Source of the DNA: Pseudomonadota bacterium | GTDB lineage: Bacteria; Desulfobacterota; JAPLJL01 | Assembly: GCA_026388655.1 (NCBI GenBank) | Contig: JAPLJI010000067.1 | Span: forward strand, 1,316 to 65,315 | Direction of reading: 5' to 3' | DNA length: 64,000 nt | Shown here: in pieces, positions 39,044-49,105 of the stretch | How positions within the stretch are numbered: position 1 is the first letter of the stretch | Layout: each line of letters begins with the position of its first letter | Position numbers and translations under genes: made by a program | The notes under the pieces: model-generated | What the model was told of the DNA's origin: nothing | The model's database searches: none | What the model saw: only the letters and a program-made list of their open reading frames with translations

Positions 39044-39847
39044 TTATTCCTCCAGGAGCGGCTGAAAAATGCTCTTCCCGGCCTCGAAAAACGATTTGAG
39101 ATGCTTCAGGTTCAGGCCGAAAATATTCAGGGCGGGCTCGGAACGCTTGGCCCCGGACTGGATAGAGACAGACACCCCCGGGAAAGAGTCCTTCAGGGTT
39201 TTGCGCACCTCCTCGAGCCTCGGTTTCAGGTTAGGGGGGACCTTCGGGACGCTGGTTCCTTCCGGGGCGGCTTGCCGGAGCTTCTCGGCCTCCTCCGCCC
39301 GGGTGGCAAGCTCGTAAGCCTCCTTGAAGCCGATCTCGCCGTCCTCCAGGCGCTTCAAGACCCGGGGCACACGGGCGACGGACAGGTAGCGGTTGACCGA
39401 GACCCGGTTCCGTCCGATCATCCGGCCGATTTCCTCGTCGGAATATTTGAAGCGTTCCTTCAACTCCTGGCAGATCATCACGATTTCGTAGGGGGTGTAA
39501 TCCTGGCGGCCGGTGTTCTCGGCGAAGCGGAGGCGCAGGGCCTCCTCATCGGACAGCTTGGGATAGATCTTGGCCAGGACCGCGGGTTTTCCTTCCTTCT
39601 GAAGTGCCACAACCCTGCGAAATCCATAGATAATTTGGAATTTTCCTGCCTTGTCCGGGCGGACCGCTATTTCCATTTTTTGCCCGCCGCCATGCCGGAT
39701 GGAGTCGCGAAGACCTTCCAAAAAGAAGGGGCCCTTCCGGAAGGCGAAATCCCGGCTTTCGGAAAGCTCGTTGAGCGGAATTTCCCGGAATTCAAAGGCT
39801 GAGGCCGGGGCTGTAATTTTCGGGCTGGCAGCTTTTTCCTTTTTCAT
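39044..39847 (-). CDS. ParB/Srx-like protein with HTH
   Basis: LRDSIR..G, QII.GFRRV.A, AENTGRQD.TPYE, HTH with RVSVNRYL. Confidence 0.75.
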   Translation of the reverse strand: MKKEKAASPKITAPASAFEFREIPLNELSESRDFAFRKGPFFLEGLRDSIRHGGGQKMEIAVRPDKAGKFQIIYGFRRVVALQKEGKPAVLAKIYPKLSDEEALRLRFAENTGRQDYTPYEIVMICQELKERFKYSDEEIGRMIGRNRVSVNRYLSVARVPRVLKRLEDGEIGFKEAYELATRAEEAEKLRQAAPEGTSVPKVPPNLKPRLEEVRKTLKDSFPGVSVSIQSGAKRSEPALNIFGLNLKHLKSFFEAGKSIFQPLLEE

Positions 39848-40135
39848 TTTTCCCTTCCTGATTACCCACGGGTGTAACCCGGGTTACATTTTTAGATGCC
39901 AAAATCCAGACCGGGGGTCATTATAGCATTTTTTTTGCGCGGCTCGTTTCGGTTGCGTTATTCGGTTGTGGGCTTAATAAATCCGCCGGACGTTGGCCGG
40001 AGACGAAGCGATCACCGCCTCTGGCGGGATTCCGCCAAAGGCGGAAGCGGCGTAACCGATCAACGTGATAAATGATAAGCAGATATTTTGTTTTTTCCCC
40101 GGGTTGGGATATACTAGGTCACCGAAAGGATAATT

Positions 40136-41173
40136 ATGGAACCGAAAAAAAGATTGACGGAACTCGCGCGGGCCTCGGGCTGAGCGGCCAAACTGGGTCC
40201 GGGCGACCTGATGAAGATATTGATGTCCCTGACCCCGGCGGTTGATCCCAACCTGCTGGTCGGGATGGACACCTGGGACGATGCCGCCGTCTATCGCCTG
40301 ACCCCTGACCTGGCCCTGGTGCAGACGGTGGATATCATCACCCCGGTCGTGGACGATCCTTTTGTCTTCGGGCAGATCGCGGCGGCCAATGCCTTGAGCG
40401 ACGTATATGCCATGGGAGGGAGGCCCCTGACCGCGATGAACATCCTGGCGGTCGAGGCCTGTGTTGATCCTTCCATACCCCGCGAGATCCTCCGGGGGGC
40501 AGAGGCCAAAATCAAGGAATCCGGGGCGGTGGTCGTGGGTGGTCACTCGGTAGATGACCAGGAACTCAAGTTCGGGCTTTCCGTCACCGGGCTTGTTCAT
40601 CCCGACAAGATCCTACGCAACAGCCTGGCCCGGCCGGGCGATGTTTTAATCCTGACCAAGCCGATCGGCACGGGGATTATCGCGACGGCGATAAAGGGAG
40701 GTGTGGTTTCTCCGGAGGCTTTGGAAAAAGCCATCAAATCCATGACCGCCTTAAACCGGGAAGCTTCGGAGGCCGCCCTCGATTTCGGGGCCCACGCCGC
40801 CACGGACATTACCGGATTTGGTCTGATCGGCCATGCCTTCGAAATAGTCCGCTTCGGTAAAATCAAGGCCAGGATTTTCGCAGGCAAGGTACCGATTCTT
40901 CCGGGGGTTAAGGACTTGATCAAGGAGGGCATGGTTCCGGGCGGGACCAAGCGCAACCAGGATCATTTCGGTTCCCAGGTCAGGGTTGATTCCGGGGTCT
41001 CAGAGGAACAGAAGCTTATCCTTTTCGATCCCCAGACATCGGGGGGGCTTTTGATCGCCATTTCTGTGGAATCAAGCTCGAAACTTATTGAAAAGCTTGG
41101 AAAATATCTGGCTGTGATTGTCGGAGATATCAGGGAAGGAAAGGGCGAACTAGAGGTTATTTCGGGCGGTTAG
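40136..41173 (+). CDS. selD: Selenide, water dikinase SelD (selenoprotein, UGA codon 16)
   Basis: AAAGGA RBS, ATG 40136, RLTELARASG-U-AAKLGP; DDAAVY, AANALSDVYAMGG, TDITGFGL, DPQTSGGLL. Confidence 0.95.
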
Positions 41174-41184
41174 AAAATGGTTTT

Positions 41185-42138
41185 ATGATCGGAATTCTAA
41201 TTAATCCCAATTCCGGCAAGAATAAAAAAGGACGCTGCGGGCCCGAGGAGCTCGAGGCAATTCTGAAGGGCGAGGCTGTTGCCCGGGCCATTTACTCCGG
41301 ACGAGCGGTGGAAGCGGCGCTTCGCGAATTCCGGGACCGGGGGGTGGATCTCCTCTGCGTCTCGGGAGGCGACGGTTCGATGCACCTCACCTTGAGCCAA
41401 GTAATCGCGTTTTCCCGGCAGGAAAAATGGGAGCTTCCGCTTTTTTATCCCCTCCGGGGAGGGGTGATGAACGTAGTGGCCAACGAGGTGGCCTCGCGGG
41501 TGGGGACCCCGGCCACCCAGTGCCAGAAACTGCTCCCGGTTTATCAGCGGATCAAGGCCGGCGAGCCCCCCAAAATATATACCCAGCCAATTATGCGGAT
41601 CCAGGATCCCCAGCTCCCCCGGGGGGAGACCTACTCCTTTACCTTCACCGGGGCGATGCTTTACCGGGGTTATCACGCTTATTATTCCGGAGCCCCGCCC
41701 ACCTTGTGGAAAGCTTTCCGGGTGGCTTCCCAAATTATTTACGGGGTGGCCACCAAGAATCACTGGTCGGTCCAGACCCCCGAAAAATTAAGGGCGGACG
41801 GCCAGGCGCTCCCCTTCGATGAGGTGCTTTTCACCCTGGCGGCCACCTTGCGAAAGATGGTTCTCTGGTTCTCTCCTTTCGCCCCGATTGACCGGCCGCT
41901 TTCGGGGGAATTCTACGCTTACTGCTGCGCCCTTTCGCCCGGAGAGACGATTCGTCATCTTTACGCTTTCTCGCGGGGTAAGCGGAAGAGCGAAAGGCTT
42001 TTCAATCAGACCGTCAAGGAGCTCACCATCGAAGGTCGGGATGGCTATACCCTGGACGGCGAGATTTACCCGCGGAAAGAAGGCTACCGTATCCGGATCA
42101 CCTGCGGCCCGACACTCAACGTATTAAAACTCGATTAG
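41185..42138 (+). CDS. Diacylglycerol-kinase-family protein
   Basis: INPNSG, SGGDGS, GG.MN, TLDGE. Confidence 0.82.
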   Translation: MIGILINPNSGKNKKGRCGPEELEAILKGEAVARAIYSGRAVEAALREFRDRGVDLLCVSGGDGSMHLTLSQVIAFSRQEKWELPLFYPLRGGVMNVVANEVASRVGTPATQCQKLLPVYQRIKAGEPPKIYTQPIMRIQDPQLPRGETYSFTFTGAMLYRGYHAYYSGAPPTLWKAFRVASQIIYGVATKNHWSVQTPEKLRADGQALPFDEVLFTLAATLRKMVLWFSPFAPIDRPLSGEFYAYCCALSPGETIRHLYAFSRGKRKSERLFNQTVKELTIEGRDGYTLDGEIYPRKEGYRIRITCGPTLNVLKLD

Positions 42139-42410
42139 TTATTGGGACCGAGGGTTCCAGATTTTTCTCAAGAGAATGAAAATCCCCCTTGTCCCCCTTT
42201 TTACAACCCCGCCAGGGCGGGGCTTTATTGAAAGAGGGGCAGGGGAGATTTGGAATCTAAAACCTTTTGATTTAGAATAAGAAAGCTTTAAATCTAAAGT
42301 GAAGAAATAATGAACCAGTCGAAGAAACCCCGCCGCATCTTTCGGAAACGGCCCAGGCCGGCGAAAAAAAAGAAATCCACTTTCCGATCGATTCCGCCCC
42401 CCGCTGGGAG

Positions 42411-43050
42411 GTGAACCTGGCCTGGTTCATGAAATTGATAATCCTGGTCACCATTTTTGTCGAGTTTGTTTACGGGGAGTTCCTCTACGGGCTCTGGGGG
42501 CTGGTGGCCTTCGGGATCAATTTTCTCCCGATCCGGTTCGCGAAAAGCTCCAAGACCATCCTCCCGATTGAGTTCGAGATCATCCTGCTCGTGATCCTTT
42601 CCCTGGACGTGGTCTTTGGAAGGTTCCTGCATCTTTACGACACGATAATTTATTACGATAAGATTATCCATTACCACGATTCCATCCTGATCGCTTTTTC
42701 CGGTTTTCTTTTGATCTATTCCCTTTATTTCACCTTATTTCACCAACCGGATCCGGACCTCGCCCGTCCTCGCGGGTTTGATCATCGTCCTGGTCACGGT
42801 GGGTTTCGGGGGGATCTGTGAGATCATGGAATACGCCGCCGATAATATTTTCGCGGATGGGGCGCAGGGGTCACCGGCGATGTCGGCAATCGACGACACG
42901 ATGTGGGACCTGATTTGCGATTTCCTGGGCGGGATCGTGGGGGCCGTGTTCGGCACGCTCTACATCCGCTATTCCCACCGCACTCATCGGCGCAGGTTTT
43001 ACAAGCTCATGACCGCACTGACCGGGGAGCCGGCGGAACGGGCGGGATGA
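42411..43050 (+). pseudogene. DUF2238/YjdF-like membrane protein, frameshifted
   Basis: YDKIIH, GGICEIMEY, DDTMWDL motifs split by a 10-bp duplication at 42725-42744. Confidence 0.78.
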
Positions 43051-43105
43051 GCGGGAAGCCAAGAATCGGGCCCGGCGGTTCCGGCCCGGGGGAGGTAGGA
43101 TGCCA

Positions 43106-44260
43106 ATGAAGGATTACGATGTTTTCATCGCCGGCGGGGGGATCGGGGGCTCAGTAGCCGCCAAGTTCGCCGCCCGCGGGGGCCTGAAGACCCTGTTCGT
43201 CGAGAAGCAGAAGACGCCCCGGGGCAAGCCCTGTTCGGGCATCCAGTTCAAATACTTCGAGAAGATCCTGGGAGAAAAGATCCCCCGGGAGCGACTCTGC
43301 CGCCACCAGATCGCCCGGATCGAGACCCATTTTCACGATGGCACCTCCTTCCGGGCCCCCTTCCCGATGTTCAACTACATGCGCAAGACCTTCGATCACT
43401 GGCTGAACCAGGTGGCCCGGGAGGCGGGAGCCGAGTTCCGGGACGAGTGCGAGTTCCTGGATTTCGAGGAGACCGGCGAAGAGGTGACGATCACGGTCCA
43501 GCCCCGGGGGGGAGAACCGGAGAAGCTCCGGGCCCGCTACGCCCTGGACGCGACCGGCCTGACCGCCATGCCGATGCGGCGGAAGCTCCGGCCCCATGAT
43601 TTCGGAAGCAAGGCCGCCGGCGGCGGGATCAATTTCTACATCGACGGCCCCGCCCGGCTGGACCCCAAAACCGTCTACCAGTTCTGGGACCTAAATTTCA
43701 GCGACGCCATGTTTGCCTGGATCTACACCAAGACCCTCGATGACGGCCGGGACTACTGGGTGGTGGGCACCGCCTGTACCAGCGGCGACATCCGCGAGCG
43801 CCAGCGGCTTTTTTACAATTATGTCCGGGAGAAGTTCGGGATCCAGGGCCGGATCGTGGAAAAGGAGGAACTCCTGACCGGGATGGACATGAAATCGCGG
43901 GACCGGGTCTGGCTGGGCCAGGGCCGTATTCTTATGGTGGGCGACGCCGCGGGCCTCCTGGATGGGGTCCGGGGCGTGGGGCAGGACGCGGCGGCGATCT
44001 CGGGGAGGCTGGCGGCCAAGGCTATCCTGCGCTCCCGGGAGACCAGGACCCCAGTGCTCGAGGAATACGCCCGGTTGACCCGGCCGATCGTCGCCCAGAC
44101 CCGGGCCAACCAGGAGCGCGAGATCGATCAGTGTAAAAACAACGAGGAACTCAAACGGTATATCAAGAGCAACATGTTCAAAACGGGGGCCAAGATGCTG
44201 GTGCAGATGTTTCTCAACTACTTTCGGCCGGTGGAGAGGCTCCGCCTCCTGCCCCCCTGA
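43106..44260 (+). CDS. Geranylgeranyl-reductase-family FAD oxidoreductase
   Basis: IAGGGIGGS, PRGKPCSG, RKTFDHWL, DATG, VGDAAG. Confidence 0.88.
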   Translation: MKDYDVFIAGGGIGGSVAAKFAARGGLKTLFVEKQKTPRGKPCSGIQFKYFEKILGEKIPRERLCRHQIARIETHFHDGTSFRAPFPMFNYMRKTFDHWLNQVAREAGAEFRDECEFLDFEETGEEVTITVQPRGGEPEKLRARYALDATGLTAMPMRRKLRPHDFGSKAAGGGINFYIDGPARLDPKTVYQFWDLNFSDAMFAWIYTKTLDDGRDYWVVGTACTSGDIRERQRLFYNYVREKFGIQGRIVEKEELLTGMDMKSRDRVWLGQGRILMVGDAAGLLDGVRGVGQDAAAISGRLAAKAILRSRETRTPVLEEYARLTRPIVAQTRANQEREIDQCKNNEELKRYIKSNMFKTGAKMLVQMFLNYFRPVERLRLLPP

Positions 44261-44308
44261 AATTCAGGATGTATCAATGCGTTAGTTTATAGAAAGGAGA
44301 AAACCAAA

Positions 44309-44650
44309 ATGGAAGGCTTCCTAACGAAGAGGATAGTCACGGTGGCTTTGGCCCTGTTGATCGCCCTCTGGGCGGGTTCCGCGCTGATGGTGAAAAGCGC
44401 CCCGGCCGGGGAGCCGGAAAAGGCGGAGGCGGTCCAGCTCAACGCGAATATCACCCTGGCGGACAATCTGACCGCGCTCAAGGGAAAGACGGTGACCGTG
44501 ACCTTATCGGCGGGTCAGTCCCTGTCCGGAACGGTAAAAGACGTTAAGAACGGCCTTTTGCATCTGGAGAAGCTCGCCGGGAAGGAATTTTACGACGCGC
44601 TGGTGGTGATCGAGGATATCAGCGTGGTGGAGATCCGGGCGAGAAAGTAA
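44309..44650 (+). CDS. Exported hypothetical protein (Sm-like fold possible)
   Basis: Signal peptide; GKTVTVTL..G..LSGTV...ISVVE. Confidence 0.7.
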   Translation: MEGFLTKRIVTVALALLIALWAGSALMVKSAPAGEPEKAEAVQLNANITLADNLTALKGKTVTVTLSAGQSLSGTVKDVKNGLLHLEKLAGKEFYDALVVIEDISVVEIRARK

Positions 44651-44680
44651 AACGGGTATCCGGGAAAGGGGATCGGGTCA

Positions 44681-46249
44681 ATGGGAACAAGAAGCGGATA
44701 TGAATACGACGCCATCATCATCGGCACGGGCATCGGGGGCCTGGTGGCCGGGGCCTACCTGGCCAAGGCGGGCGCCCGGGTCATGCTTTACGAGCACCAC
44801 AGCCAGCCCGGGGGATACTTCACGTCTTTCACCCGGCAGGGCTTCACTTTCGACGGCGGGATCCAGGCCTGCGAGGACTGCGGGATGCTATTTTCCGTCC
44901 TGCGCCAGATCGGCGTGCTTGACCGGGTGGAGCTCAAGAAAGCCAGGTTCGGACTGGCCACCCCCGATCATTTTGCCGTGCTCGACTCCCTGGAGAGCGT
45001 GCAGGCCTTTTACCGGGAGCTAATCAAAGTCTACCCCGACCAGGCCGCCGGGATAAACCGGATTGTCGAGGACGTCGGCAATTTCTGCCGGGTGATGGAG
45101 GCCTACTGCCAGCTTCCCAATCCCATGTTCGGGCCCCTGCGCCAGGCCATGGCCACCTACCCGGGATGGCGGAAAAAATACAAAGGGGATTTGAAACACT
45201 CGAAAGAATTCGTGGAATACATGAAAATCCCCTTGGATGTTTACCTGCAAAAACGGCTGACCAATGCCGACCTGATCCTTTTTATCAAGCAGATGATGTA
45301 CGCGGGGGCGCCGGCCTCGTTCACGCTCTCCTTTTACTACTTCGTGATGGATTATTACCATCCCCGGGGCGGGTTCCAGTCCATTTCCAACGCCCTGGCC
45401 GACTTCATCACCGAGAAGGGCGGGAAAATCCAGTATAAAACCCTAGTGGAGGAGATCGTGCTGGAGAACGGCCGGGCCGCGGGTGTCAGGTTGAAAACCG
45501 GGGAGATCATCCGCGCCCCCTACATCATCTCCAACAGCGACGCCCGCCGGACCTTCCTGAAAATGCTCCCGCCCGAGGCCACGCCGGAGACCTACCGCTG
45601 GCGGCTGGCCGAGACGCCGGTTTCCGATTCGGTCATCACCGTATTCCTGGGCGTGGACATCCCGGCGGAGGAAATCAAAACCCGGGACTGCAAGCATATC
45701 TATTACCTGCCCGACTACAAAGGGGTGGACGTGCTCAAGTCGCTCGACGACGAGGACGCTTACACCCGGGCGCCGGTGGAGATCTGCATTCCCTCGCTCG
45801 AGGACCCCTCCATGGCCCCGCCGGGGAAGACCGCGATCGTGTTACAGAGTCTGGCTTACATGAACTACGCGAACAACTGGGGGACCGAGAACGGGAAACG
45901 CACCGAGAAGTACAAGGCCCTGAAGGAGAAAGTCTCGAACCAGCTGATCGCGAACGCGGAGAAGCTCATCCCCGGGCTTTCGGGAAAAATCGTGTTCAAG
46001 GCCGTGGGCACGCCCTACACGAACGAGCGCTACACGCTCAACTCGGAAGGGGCCACCGCCGGCTGGACCTACAACCCGACCAAGGCGATGAACACGGGGT
46101 GGGAAGGAATGAAGGGATTCAAGACCACGGTGAAGAACCTCTACCTAGTGGGACACTGGACAATGTCGCCCGGGGGGGCGCCGGCAGGGTTCATGTCGGG
46201 CCGGATCGTCTCCTCCCTGGTCAAGTGGCGCCTCCGGATGAGGATTTGA
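44681..46249 (+). CDS. Phytoene-desaturase-like FAD oxidoreductase
   Basis: IIGTGIGGL, EHHSQPGG..SF...GF.FD, PRGG, TP.T.ERY, NLYLVG. Confidence 0.9.
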   Translation: MGTRSGYEYDAIIIGTGIGGLVAGAYLAKAGARVMLYEHHSQPGGYFTSFTRQGFTFDGGIQACEDCGMLFSVLRQIGVLDRVELKKARFGLATPDHFAVLDSLESVQAFYRELIKVYPDQAAGINRIVEDVGNFCRVMEAYCQLPNPMFGPLRQAMATYPGWRKKYKGDLKHSKEFVEYMKIPLDVYLQKRLTNADLILFIKQMMYAGAPASFTLSFYYFVMDYYHPRGGFQSISNALADFITEKGGKIQYKTLVEEIVLENGRAAGVRLKTGEIIRAPYIISNSDARRTFLKMLPPEATPETYRWRLAETPVSDSVITVFLGVDIPAEEIKTRDCKHIYYLPDYKGVDVLKSLDDEDAYTRAPVEICIPSLEDPSMAPPGKTAIVLQSLAYMNYANNWGTENGKRTEKYKALKEKVSNQLIANAEKLIPGLSGKIVFKAVGTPYTNERYTLNSEGATAGWTYNPTKAMNTGWEGMKGFKTTVKNLYLVGHWTMSPGGAPAGFMSGRIVSSLVKWRLRMRI

Positions 46250-46252
46250 GAT

Positions 46253-46708
46253 ATGAATCCGCAAATGAAATACAAACACACCAACATCGTGGCGCGGGAT
46301 TGGAGGGTGCTGGCTAAATTCTACGAGGAGGTCTTCGGTTGTGTCAGGGTGCCGCCGGAAAGACATTTATCGGGTGAATGGCTGGAAAAGGGGACGGGGG
46401 TAAAAAGCGCCGAGATATCCGGGGCGCATCTTCGCCTGCCGGGTTGTGGCGAACAGGGGCCGACCCTGGAGATATTCAAGTATTCAAGGAATGAAACAAA
46501 ACCGCCGTCTGTAGCGAACCGTGAGGGTTTTGCCCACATCGCGTTTGAGGTTCAGGATGTTGAGCGGGCGATGGCCCAGGTACTGGCCCATGGCGGCAAA
46601 AAGATCGGCGAGGTTTCAACCGCCATGGTTGAGGGGGTAGGGAAGCTGACGGTTGTATATGTTGCCGATCCAGAGGGCAACATCATTGAGCTGCAACGGT
46701 GGGATTAA
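46253..46708 (+). CDS. VOC/glyoxalase-family protein
   Basis: HTNIVA.D...FY..VFG, HIAFEV, DPEGNIIEL. Confidence 0.9.
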   Translation: MNPQMKYKHTNIVARDWRVLAKFYEEVFGCVRVPPERHLSGEWLEKGTGVKSAEISGAHLRLPGCGEQGPTLEIFKYSRNETKPPSVANREGFAHIAFEVQDVERAMAQVLAHGGKKIGEVSTAMVEGVGKLTVVYVADPEGNIIELQRWD

Positions 46709-46819
46709 TTCGACCACCCCTAGATTCCCGCTCCCCGATTAAGAACTTCGAGGACAAGCTCCGCGGGAATGACAGCGAACAAACCAAGACGAAAAAACGA
46801 AAATCAGAAAGGGAAATTA

Positions 46820-47452
46820 ATGAAGATTCTCGGGTTGTGCGGGTCGCCGATCAAGAAAGGGAATGCGTACGTCTACCTGGGAAAGGCCCTGGAGCCAATC
46901 CAGGGCACGGGGCCGGAGATCGAGATCGTCGAACTCGCTAAAAAGAAGATCGAGGACTGCGTCCATTGCAACTGGTGCCTGAAGAACAAGGATGTTAAAA
47001 AGATCTGCGCCCAGAATGACGACGGGGAGGAAATCCTCCACAAAATAAAATCCTGTGACATCCTGGTGGCGGCTTCACCGGCCTACTACGGGCGGATGAC
47101 GGGGAGGATGGCAAGCATCTTCGACCGCACCCGGCCCTTCATTTTCAGCCCCGCCCATCGGGGCGTGATGAAAGACAAGCTGGGGGTGGCCCTGACCGTG
47201 GGATGGGGGCGCAACTCCGGGGTGGAGACTACGTTACTTTCCATTGTTTACAGTTTCATGGTCCTCGAGATGCTCCCAGTTAGCTACCACGAAGGGGGGG
47301 CGCTTTTCGGGGCGGCGGGTATCTCGAACCCGCTCCTTGTTCGGCGGGAAAAGAACGACCATCACGCCATCGAAGCCGACCTGCCGGGCATCCTGGCCGC
47401 CCAAGGGGTGATCAAAAGGGCGGTAGACTTAAGCGGGAGAATAAAGAGATAA
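46820..47452 (+). CDS. Iron-sulfur flavoprotein / NADPH-dependent FMN reductase family
   Basis: GSP..GN, CxxCxxC...C, ASPAYYG. Confidence 0.88.
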   Translation: MKILGLCGSPIKKGNAYVYLGKALEPIQGTGPEIEIVELAKKKIEDCVHCNWCLKNKDVKKICAQNDDGEEILHKIKSCDILVAASPAYYGRMTGRMASIFDRTRPFIFSPAHRGVMKDKLGVALTVGWGRNSGVETTLLSIVYSFMVLEMLPVSYHEGGALFGAAGISNPLLVRREKNDHHAIEADLPGILAAQGVIKRAVDLSGRIKR

Positions 47453-47733
47453 AACCTAATGACGATCCTCCTTCGCCAATCCATACTGCGCCGTAGGTTT
47501 TCACCTCCACCAACCCTACTACGCTGAAGCTTCGAAGGATGTAGGCTACGTCGGGCCGGAGGATAGGGGCTTCGGGGGACAGGTTAACGAATGACAATTG
47601 TAGATTGAGAAATGGGTCGAATAAGTAAAAAATCTCTGCTTTTTAACTCGAACCCTTGAACCCTTGACCCCGCAGGCCCTTCTTTTCTGACTCGAAACTA
47701 GAAACCAGAAACTCGAAACAGGTGTGAATCATC

Positions 47734-47773
47734 TTGACATGATTTCACTATTCTGGTAATCTAGTACCAGAAT
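47734..47773 (+). promoter_or_regulatory. Sigma70 promoter overlapped by a palindromic operator (likely Rrf2 autoregulation)
   Basis: TTGACA-17-TAATCT with TG extension; ATTCTGGTA-N6-TACCAGAAT. Confidence 0.7.
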
Positions 47774-47792
47774 TCTTAATAGGGGATTGGCG

Positions 47793-48248
47793 ATGGCGAA
47801 GATTCTAAACATTTCCGAAGCGGTGTCCCTGGCGTTGCACGCGGCGCTGATGATGTCGGCCAACCCGGGCCGGCTGATTTCCACGCATGAGATCGCGACC
47901 GCGCTCCAGGGTTCGGAGGCGCATCTCGCCAAGGTCCTCCAGCGCCTGGTGAAGGCGGGCCTGGTGGAGTCCATCCGGGGGCCCGCCGGAGGTTTCCGGC
48001 TGAAAAAGAAGCCGTCGGAGATCTGTCTGATCGAGATTTTTGAAATAATCGAGGGCAGGCTCGCGGAAGACAAATGTTTGCTTTCTTCCCCGATCTGCCC
48101 CGCGGGGTCCTGCATCTTCGGCGGGATGCTGGATTCGGTCAACCGGCAGGTAAAGGATTATCTGACCAAAACCCAGCTTTCGGAGTTTTGTAATCTTTCT
48201 CTTCCTCGGAAGGGAGGAAAACATGGCCAGGCGAAGAAAAATCATTGA
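47793..48248 (+). CDS. Rrf2-family transcriptional regulator
   Basis: HLAKVLQRLVKAGLVESIRGPAGGF; three Cys (C-x6-C-x4-C). Confidence 0.93.
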   Translation: MAKILNISEAVSLALHAALMMSANPGRLISTHEIATALQGSEAHLAKVLQRLVKAGLVESIRGPAGGFRLKKKPSEICLIEIFEIIEGRLAEDKCLLSSPICPAGSCIFGGMLDSVNRQVKDYLTKTQLSEFCNLSLPRKGGKHGQAKKNH

Positions 48249-48990
48249 GATCGATGAAAAAAAGTGCAACGGCTGCGGGCAGTGCGTCTCCGCCTGCGCG
48301 GAAGGGGCGCTCGAACTGGTGAACGGTAAGGCTAAACTCGTCAAGGATATTTACTGCGACGGGCTCGGGGCCTGCATCGGCGAATGCCCGGAAGGAGCCT
48401 TGAAGATCATTGAGCGGGAGGCCGGTTCGTTTGACGAAAAAGCGGTGGAGAGCCGGAAGGAGGGCAAGAAACCCAAAAGCAAGGGCGGCAAAACCCCGAA
48501 GACGGCGAAACCCGGCAGGACCGGGGAAACCCTGCCCTGCGGCTGTCCCTCGAACACCGTAATGGATTTGAAGACGACAAAGACTTCCACACCAGGGACC
48601 GCCGGGGAAATTCATTCCGAGCTTTCGCACTGGCCGATCAAGTTGAAGCTCCTCCCGCCCGAGGCGCCCTTTCTGAAGGGAGCCAACCTCGTCCTCCTTG
48701 CCGACTGCTCCGCGGCGGCTTATCCAAACCTGCACCCGCATCTCCTCCGGGGCCGGGCCATCGTTATGGCCTGCCCGAAGTTCGACGATCTCGAGGGGCA
48801 CATCAACCGGCTGGCGGCGATCCTGGAGGCTTCGCGTCCGAAAAACCTGACCGTGGTCATCATGGAGGTTTCCTGCTGCCGCGGTCTTCTCTTCGCCGCC
48901 GAGAAGGCGGTCGAGCTTTCCGGAGTAAAAGTGCCCATCACTAAAATGATAATTGGCCGAAGCGGGAAAATTTTGGAGAAAACGGAATAA
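48223..48990 (+). CDS. 4Fe-4S dicluster protein (hcp-associated ferredoxin type)
   Basis: CNGCGQCVSAC, CDGLGACIGECP, CGCP, WPIKL, ADC, CPK.D, MEVSCC. Confidence 0.88.
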   Translation: MARRRKIIEIDEKKCNGCGQCVSACAEGALELVNGKAKLVKDIYCDGLGACIGECPEGALKIIEREAGSFDEKAVESRKEGKKPKSKGGKTPKTAKPGRTGETLPCGCPSNTVMDLKTTKTSTPGTAGEIHSELSHWPIKLKLLPPEAPFLKGANLVLLADCSAAAYPNLHPHLLRGRAIVMACPKFDDLEGHINRLAAILEASRPKNLTVVIMEVSCCRGLLFAAEKAVELSGVKVPITKMIIGRSGKILEKTE

Positions 48991-49105
48991 GGTTAGGGTT
49001 ACGAAGCCCGTATCGTCCATCGGTAATGTCGTTCGTGTTAAAAGACGTGACCTAAAAACGTGACCGAAACGGGCCTCGTTACCTTTTGACGAAGGACGCT
49101 GATCG

